Below are positions 55,320 to 64,000 of a stretch of 64,000 bases of DNA, one piece after another. Origin of the DNA: Eledone cirrhosa. Its lineage: Eukaryota. Every line of letters starts with the position of its first letter. Position 1 is the first letter of the stretch. The notes beneath the pieces were generated by a model, which saw nothing but the letters and a program-made list of their open reading frames with translations, did no database searches and was not told the DNA's origin. The stretch covers positions 1-64,000 of the forward strand of contig CAXHJY010000585.1 of the NCBI GenBank assembly GCA_964016885.1, read 5' to 3'. Both the position numbers and the translations under genes were made by a program.

Positions 55320-56034
55320 ACACATACATACAGGTACACATACATATACACACATATATACACACATATATATATAAACACACATACACATACATACAGA
55401 TACACACACATACATATATATATATGGACACATACATATACACACATACATATACACACATACATATATACACACACATACATATATATATGCACACATA
55501 CATATACACACATATATGCACACATACATATACACACATATATACATACATATATATATAAACACACATACACATACATACAGATACACACACATACATA
55601 TATATATATATGCACACATAGATATACACACATACATATATATGCACACATACATATACACACATACATATATACACACACATACATATATATATATGCT
55701 CATATACATATACACACATATATATACATACATATATATATAAACACACATACATATATATATATATATGCACACATACATATACACACATATATGTACA
55801 TACATATATATATATATATATGCACACATACATATACACACATATATGTACATACATATGTATATATATATATATAAACACACATACACATACATACGAA
55901 TACACACACACTTATATACACACGTGTATATACACACACATATATATACATACACAAAAACATACGCATCTTTTTTATATATTCACATATTTATATATTC
56001 TCACAATGGTGTACTTTCATGCACATACATACAT

Positions 56035-56077
<43 letters not shown>

Positions 56078-56231
56078 AATATATATATACATATACATGC
56101 ATACACACTTTCTTACATATACACATATATATATATATGTATATATACATCACACTTTCTTATACATACACACACGCGGATAAGCAACTTTGTAATTATT
56201 AACTGTAAATTAGAAAAAGATTATGAGTGTA

Positions 56232-56284
<53 letters not shown>

Positions 56285-56415
56285 AGATGTGTGTGTAGTT
56301 AATAATTACAAAGTTTCTTATCCGCGTGTGTGTATGTATAAGAAAGTGTGATGTATATATACATATATATATATATATTTATATGTAAGAAAGTGTGTAT
56401 GCATGTATATGTATG

Positions 56416-56452
<37 letters not shown>

Positions 56453-56453
56453 T

Positions 56454-56487
<34 letters not shown>

Positions 56488-57052
56488 CGTATGTATATAT
56501 ATGTGTATGAAAGTACACGTGTGTGAATATATGAATATGTGAATGTATAAAAAAGGTGCGTATATTTTTGTGTATGTATATATATATATGTGGGTGTGTA
56601 TATATACACGTGTGTATATAAGTATGTGTGTGTATGTGTATGTGTGTTTATATATATATGTATGTATATATATGTGTGTATATGTATGTGTGCATATATA
56701 TACATGTATGTGTGTGTATATGCATGTATGTGTATGTGTATATATATATATATATGTATATGTGTGTGTATATGTATGTGTGCATATATATACATGTATG
56801 TGTGTGTATATGCATGTATGTGTATGTGTGTATATATATATATGTATATGTGTGTGTATATGTATGTGTGCATATATATACATGTATGTGTGTGTATATG
56901 TATGTGTATGTGTGTTTATATATATATATGTATGTATGTGTGTGTGTATATGTATGTGTGCATATATGTATATATATGTATGGGTTTGTATGTGTGTTAA
57001 TATATATATATGTATGTATATATGTGTGTATATGTATGTGTGTATATATATA
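55070..57052. repeat. Large diverged inverted repeat of microsatellite-rich sequence centred near 56250
   Basis: 56150-56204 is the reverse complement of 56297-56350; 55950-56025 mirrors 56505-56575. Confidence 0.8.
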
Positions 57053-57207
57053 CTACAATTTCCTCCATATACATATATAGGGGGGGGGAGTGTACGTCTG
57101 TAGGCTGAAGTTGGTCCGTTGTTCGACCCTGAGGTGGGTGGCGGATATATATATATATATATATATATATGATAAAGAACACAAGAGCGTCTACAACATC
57201 AAAAGAT

Positions 57208-57267
57208 TTTTATTGGCTTACAATGTTTCTTCCTTACGTAACCGTAGGATTCGTCAGAGCTATAAAA
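57208..57267 (-). ncRNA. Type I hammerhead ribozyme
   Basis: Minus strand: ttttatagct CTGACGA atcctacggttacgtaaggaa GAAA cattg TA agccaataaaa. Confidence 0.7.
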
Positions 57268-57523
57268 GGGGTTTGATTGGTGTTATGGCCAATACCTTAA
57301 TGGGACACGGGTATACAATACCTAACTCCTATTAACCTAAGTATTTATATATATATATATAGATATATACATATATATATATATAGATATATACATATAT
57401 ATATATATAGATATATATTAATTCAAAATATTAACAAAATAGATATTTTCGTGACATACCGTGACATAGTAGATGGTTAAGATCCAGTCATCTACTATGT
57501 CAGGGTATGTCATGTATCATCTT

Positions 57524-57588
57524 ATTTTATCTGATGAGGACGTACTGTTGAACTTAACTCAGTACCTCTGAAATATGTGTAATAAAAT
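57524..57588 (+). ncRNA. Type I hammerhead within an inverted remnant (57415-57730)
   Basis: attttat CTGATGA ggacgtactg...cagtacctct GAAA tatgtg TA ataaaat; 57417-57448 is the reverse complement of about 57604-57635. Confidence 0.68.
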
Positions 57589-57726
57589 ATACTTGATCAC
57601 AAGAATATCTATTTTGTTAATATTTTGAATTAATATTAATAACTCCGGAAAACCATAACTGTTGAGTGCTTCCAATCTATTGTAAATCTCATTCTTTGAT
57701 GTATTCATTGAACCTTGTTTAACTTT

Positions 57727-57773
<47 letters not shown>

Positions 57774-57883
57774 AAAAAGAGATGAAATCGAAAATGCAAC
57801 TGGAGTCTTATTTTTTAAAAATATATATATATTTATTTGGTTCCTTTACCGGTTTCGCAGTTCTTCTGCTTTTCAAAAGGTGA

Positions 57884-58322
57884 GTTGAGATGGGGGGTCT
57901 GTGGTGTTGAGATGGAGGGTCTGTGGTGTTGAGATGGAGGGTCTGTGGTGTTGAGATGGGGGGTCTGTGGTGTTGAGATGGGGGGTCTGTGGTGTTGAGA
58001 TGGGGGGTCTGTGGTGTTGAGATGGAGGGTCTGTGGTGTTGAGATGGGGGGTCTGTGGTGTTAAGATGGGGGGTATGTGGTGTTGAGATGGAGGGTCTGT
58101 GGTGTTGAGATGGGGGGTCTGTGGTGTTAAGATGGGGGTCTGTGGTGTTGAGATGGGGGGTCTGTGGTGTTGATATGGGGGGTCTGTGGTGTTGAGATGG
58201 AGGGTCTGTGGTGTTGAGATGGGGGGTCTGTGGTGTTGAGATGGAGGGTCTGTGGTGTTGAGATGGGGGGTCTGTGGTGTTGAGATGGGGGGTCTGTGGT
58301 GTTGAGATGGGGGGTCTGTGGT
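57884..58322 (+). repeat. 22-bp G-rich minisatellite, about 20 copies
   Basis: Unit GTTGAGATGGGGGGTCTGTGGT. Confidence 0.96.
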
Positions 58323-58328
58323 TTTTCT

Positions 58329-58376
<48 letters not shown>

Positions 58377-58513
58377 TATATAGATACATATATATACATA
58401 TATATTTATACATAGATGTTTCAGGAAAAAAACGAAATGTATTTTCTTGTTAAGTCGTTAAGTCGTCCCTTTAAGAATACAATATATATATGTGTGTATG
58501 TATATATGTGTGT

Positions 58514-58601
<88 letters not shown>

Positions 58602-58761
58602 GGTGTTGGCGAGGTTTTTGCTCAAAGAATGATAGGAAAAGACAGACGGTTGTGTGGTATAACTTGTCAAGAGAAGACATAATTGTGGAGAAGAATTGGG
58701 TGACAAATGACTGGAATCTGGTGATTTATGGCTAAAACTTGATAGAAACATGGAGTTATTT

Positions 58762-59365
58762 AGGGGTTGGTAGTGGTGGTAGTGGTAGTGGTGGTGGTGG
58801 TGGTGGAGGTAGTGGTGGTGGTGGTGGTGGTGGTGTTGGTAGTGGTGGTAGTGGTGGTGGTGGTGGTGGTGGTGTTGGTGTTGGTGGTGGTGGTAGTGGT
58901 GGTGATGGTGTTGGTGTTGGTGTTGGTAGTGGTGGTGGTGGTAGTAGTAGTGATGGTGGTGGTAATGGTGGTAGTGGTGGTGGTAGTGGTAGTGGTGGTG
59001 GTGGTGGTGGTGGTGTTGGTAGTGGTGGTAGTGGTGGTGGTGGTGGTGATGGTGGTGGTGTTGGTGGTGGTGGTGGTGGTAGTGGTGGTGATGGTGTTGG
59101 TGTTGGTAGTGGTGGTGGTGGTGGTGGTGGTGGTAGTAGTTGTGATGGTGGTGGTAATGGTGGTAGTGGTGGTGGTGGTGGTGGTGGGGATGGTGGTGGT
59201 GATGGTGGTAGTGGTGGTGATGGTAGTGATGGTGGTGGTGGTGGTGGGGATGGTGATGGTTGTAGTGGTGGTGGTGGTAGTGGTAGTGATGGTGGTGGTG
59301 GTGGCGGTGGTGGTGGTAGTGATGGTGGTAGTGGTAGTGGTGGTGGTGGTGTTGGTGGTGGGTAT
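58762..59365 (+). repeat. (GGT/AGT)n tract
   Basis: Direct reading. Confidence 0.92.
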
Positions 59366-59493
59366 GGTGCTTTCCCAAGGTAGGAGTTACTACCAACACT
59401 TTCACACAACCAAGATTACTTTACCTGATGTATAGCAAGAACTTATTCTATATTGCAGGTGGACAATCGGAACTGCAGTACACACACACACAC

Positions 59494-59615
<122 letters not shown>

Positions 59616-59744
59616 ACATGCATACATATATATACACATGTATATATACACATGTATACATGCATACATATATATACACATGTATACATACACATTCATA
59701 CATACATATATATATATATACATACATATACATGTATATATATA

Positions 59745-59778
<34 letters not shown>

Positions 59779-59904
59779 AATACACACATATATATATATA
59801 TATACATACTTATATATATACATATATATATATAATATATATACATACATATATATATATACATACATATATATACACGTTTTATATATATATATATATA
59901 AATA

Positions 59905-59954
<50 letters not shown>

Positions 59955-60467
59955 CACACTTACAAACACATATACATATATATACACACACATATATATA
60001 CATCATATACACACACATACATAAATAGATATATATACACAAATACGCGCACACACATATATATATGCATACACACACACATGCATACACTCACACACAT
60101 ATATATATAAACATATATATACGCACACACACATACATAAATATATATATATATACACAAATACACATACATATACTTATATATACACACACACATATAT
60201 ATACATACACATACACATATATATACATACACATACACATATATACACATACATATATACATATACATATATATATATATATACATACACACAGCTATAT
60301 ATACATACACACATAGACATATATATATACACATATATATATATATATACACATATATATAGATGTATATACACACACACACATATATATACATGTATAT
60401 ACACACACATATACATATATATATATACACACACACACACATACATAAATATATATATATATATATA

Positions 60468-60673
60468 CAATATATTAATAAATGGAAACTATATTTATAA
60501 AACCATATTTATTTTATTATACATATTTCAAGGGCAACCAAGGCAAATTATGGTGCGCTTTCATCAGATAAAATACAGATTTGTTTTATTTACTCCACTA
60601 AGCTGTTGAGTGCTTTATATCAGTTATAAACGTTTTTAAGCTTGTTGAATCCCAACAAATTAAATATAACCTC

Positions 60674-60677
<4 letters not shown>
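60468..60677. mobile_element. Family A inverted remnant with minus-strand hammerhead
   Basis: TTTCAAGGGCAACCAAGG...GGTGCGCTTTCATCAG, followed by the inverted family 3' end TCCCAACAAATTAAATATAACCTC. Confidence 0.75.
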
Positions 60678-60742
<65 letters not shown>

Positions 60743-61166
60743 GCAAAAGTTATATTTAAATTGTTGGGATACAACAAGTAAATATTTTTATAACTGATAT
60801 AAAGCACTCGACAAGTATTTGGAGTAGATATACGATATTAATAAATGGAAACTATATTTATAAAACCATATTTATTTCATTATACATATTTCAAGGATAC
60901 CAAGTTAAATTATGGTGTGCCTTCATCAGACAAAATACAATATATATCAGTTTTATAAATAAGCATTGACGTACCCTTTCAAAATGCGACCATTACTTTT
61001 GGAGGACCATTTTAAAAGGGTACGTCAATGCTTATTTATAAAACTGATATATATTGTATTTTGTCTGATGAAGGCATACCATAATTTAACTTGGTATCCT
61101 TGAAAAATGTATAATGAAATAAATATGGTTTTATAAATATAGTTTCCATTTGTTAATATTGTATAT
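60743..61166. mobile_element. Family A head-to-head pair with two hammerheads
   Basis: Arms mirror around about 61000; plus arm ttgt CTGATGA aggcatacca...ttggtatcctt GAAA aatgta TA atgaaat. Confidence 0.78.
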
Positions 61167-61432
61167 TTATATATATATATACCCATACGCACACCCACAC
61201 ACACATATATATATACATGTATATACACACACACACACATATATATATATACACACAAACACACCAAGATAATCTCTTGTCTCAGAAGAGAGAGAAAAAA
61301 CTTTCCAAAATAATTTAGAAAGAATACAACAATAACAATAATCTGGAAATTATCGGCAGAGTTTTTAATAAATCCAGTGTCAGATTTATGACACAGTTCC
61401 TTTTCTTTTACATATTATTTCCATTGTTTTTG

Positions 61433-61463
<31 letters not shown>

Positions 61464-61619
61464 GGGTCGTTTTTTTTATTTATTTTTTTTTTATTTTTGG
61501 TAATGTTGGAAATTTGGAACTGAAATAATGGATAGATTAAAAATAAATTAAAATAAAATATAAAAAGCTGTTTGGTATGGTTTAGTAGGTAGAGAGGGAG
61601 GGATAAAGAGAGATAGGTA

Positions 61620-61656
61620 GCGGGAGAGAGAGAGAGAGAAGCGTATATATATAGAA

Positions 61657-61725
<69 letters not shown>

Positions 61726-62004
61726 TAGAGAGAGAGAGGCATATATATAGAGAAAGATATATATATATATAGAGAGAGGTACATATATATATAGAGAGAG
61801 GTATATATATATATATAGAGAGGTACATATATATAGAGAGAGGTATATATATATAGAGAGAGAGGCATATATATAGAGAAAGATATATATATAGAGAGAG
61901 AGGCATATATATAGAAAAAATATATATATATATAGAGAGAGGTATATATATAGAGAGAGAGACATATATATAGAGAAAGATATATATATATATTGAGAGA
62001 GAGG

Positions 62005-62035
<31 letters not shown>

Positions 62036-62036
62036 G

Positions 62037-62067
<31 letters not shown>

Positions 62068-62068
62068 G

Positions 62069-62107
<39 letters not shown>

Positions 62108-62110
62108 GCG

Positions 62111-62141
<31 letters not shown>

Positions 62142-62400
62142 GCATATATAGAGAGAAAGATATATATATATAGAGAGAGAGGCATATATATATAGAGAGA
62201 TGGATAGAGAGAGGGAGAGAGATAGTAAGATGGTAGAGAGATAGAAAAAGGAGGAAAATTATATATATATGTACATATATATATACGTGTGTACATATAT
62301 ATTTGTATATATGTATATATATGTGTGTAGATATATATATATATTTGTATATGTATATATATATGTAATTTTTTTTGCTTGTGTATGTGTGTATGTGTAC

Positions 62401-62468
<68 letters not shown>

Positions 62469-62834
62469 TGTGTGTGTATGTGTATGTATGCATCTATGTA
62501 TATATATATATACACACACGCGTAGAAATATGTGTGTGTGTATGAGAACTAGAAAGACCTATTGTATGTGTAAGTATATGAGAGAGAGACATATAGATAG
62601 AGAGAGAGAGACGAGAGAGAGAGAGAGATAGAGAGAGATAAAGATAGAGAGAGAGATAGATAAAGATAGAGAGAGAGGGAGATAGATAGAGAGAGAGAGT
62701 CAAGAGATGTGTCTTATGATAAAGAAACAGAAAATATGATTCAATGTAGAATTGGAGGGTTTTTTGTTTGTTTTTGAGAAGAAATAATGAAACCTGGGGC
62801 AACAATTATTGTAATTGTTGTTGGTGAAGAACAG

Positions 62835-62879
<45 letters not shown>

Positions 62880-63381
62880 ATGTATGTATGTATGTGTATG
62901 TAAGTATATATATGTACATAAATATATATATATGTGTATGTATGTGTATGTAAGTATATATATGTATATAAATATATATATATATATATATATAAATATA
63001 AATATATAGGTATATATATATATATATAAGTATATATATGTATATAAATATATAGGTATATATATATATAAGTATATATATGTATATAAATAGATAGGTA
63101 TATATATATATATATAAGTATATATATGTATATAAATATATTGGTATATATATATAAGTATATATATGTATATAAATATGTAGGTATATATGTATATATA
63201 TATATGTATGTATATATAATATATACTTGTATGTATATATATAATGTGTAACTATATACATATATAGGTATATATATATTTCTGAATATATATGTATATA
63301 TATATATTTATGTATATATATTTATATATATATATGTATACCTATATACATATATAGGTATATATATATATATATATATAT

Positions 63382-63472
<91 letters not shown>
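61620..63472. repeat. Mixed (TA)n/(GA)n/(CA)n microsatellite region
   Basis: Direct reading. Confidence 0.9.
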
Positions 63473-63475
<3 letters not shown>

Positions 63476-64000
63476 ACATATTCAGCCCCTTGCATATACT
63501 ATCTATGGAATATAACTTAAGGTGAAATAGTGATGACATTTTCACTAGTTTCAGTAGTTTGCCATAAAAAAAAAAACAGTGACCTTTTCTTCTCAACCTA
63601 GATGTTCTTTCTGTTGCTCTGCATCATGGGATCTCGAAGTTTTACGAGCTACAGGTTAGGTTTCTTTCGGAAACGTTTATAGAAGAACAAAAGCAACAAT
63701 AGTAATAATGGCGGTGATAATAATAATTAGGTTTCTGTAACATATTACTGATACTAATATTAGTTATAATCGTATTTATACCAGTAGTAATTTGAATGTA
63801 TGAACGTATGTATATCTATATATATAGTAATAATAATAAATTTGAAGACTAAAATCCAAAGAGGGCTCGATAAGGATAAATATATATCAAATATATAAGA
63901 ACCGTAAAGCAAATATTTATTTGTACAAATTTTAGCACAGCACCAACGAAGCTTTTGGTTGCAGCCAAGCTAACGAATGCAGTTTCGGTGTGCAGCTAAG

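Overview
Eukaryotic, very repeat-rich animal DNA, probably a cephalopod such as Octopus (inferred from the SINE families and microsatellite load). Most listed ORFs are microsatellite artefacts. Host coding sequence: the last three exons of kanadaptin/SLC4A1AP (6308-6372, 8491-8554, 10375-10424). Mobile elements: a 5'-truncated RTE-type LINE with an intact RT ORF (18.3-20.0 kb), a 5'-truncated Penelope-like element (RT plus GIY-YIG, 49.0-54.4 kb) with a hammerhead ribozyme near its 3' end, several RTE and Tx1 fragments, two tRNA-derived SINE families, hAT, Tc1/pogo and piggyBac-like MITEs, and many minisatellites. Most striking are two arrays of a near-identical 310-bp non-coding unit that carries a type I hammerhead ribozyme (22.3-27.3 kb and 43.4-44.8 kb). 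Each array is a head-to-head palindrome abutting (TA)n, which fits a retrozyme / circular-RNA retroelement. More than a dozen further hammerheads of at least 7 sequence families lie in short Penelope-type remnants inside (TA)n tracts. All ribozyme folds were read by eye, not computed.
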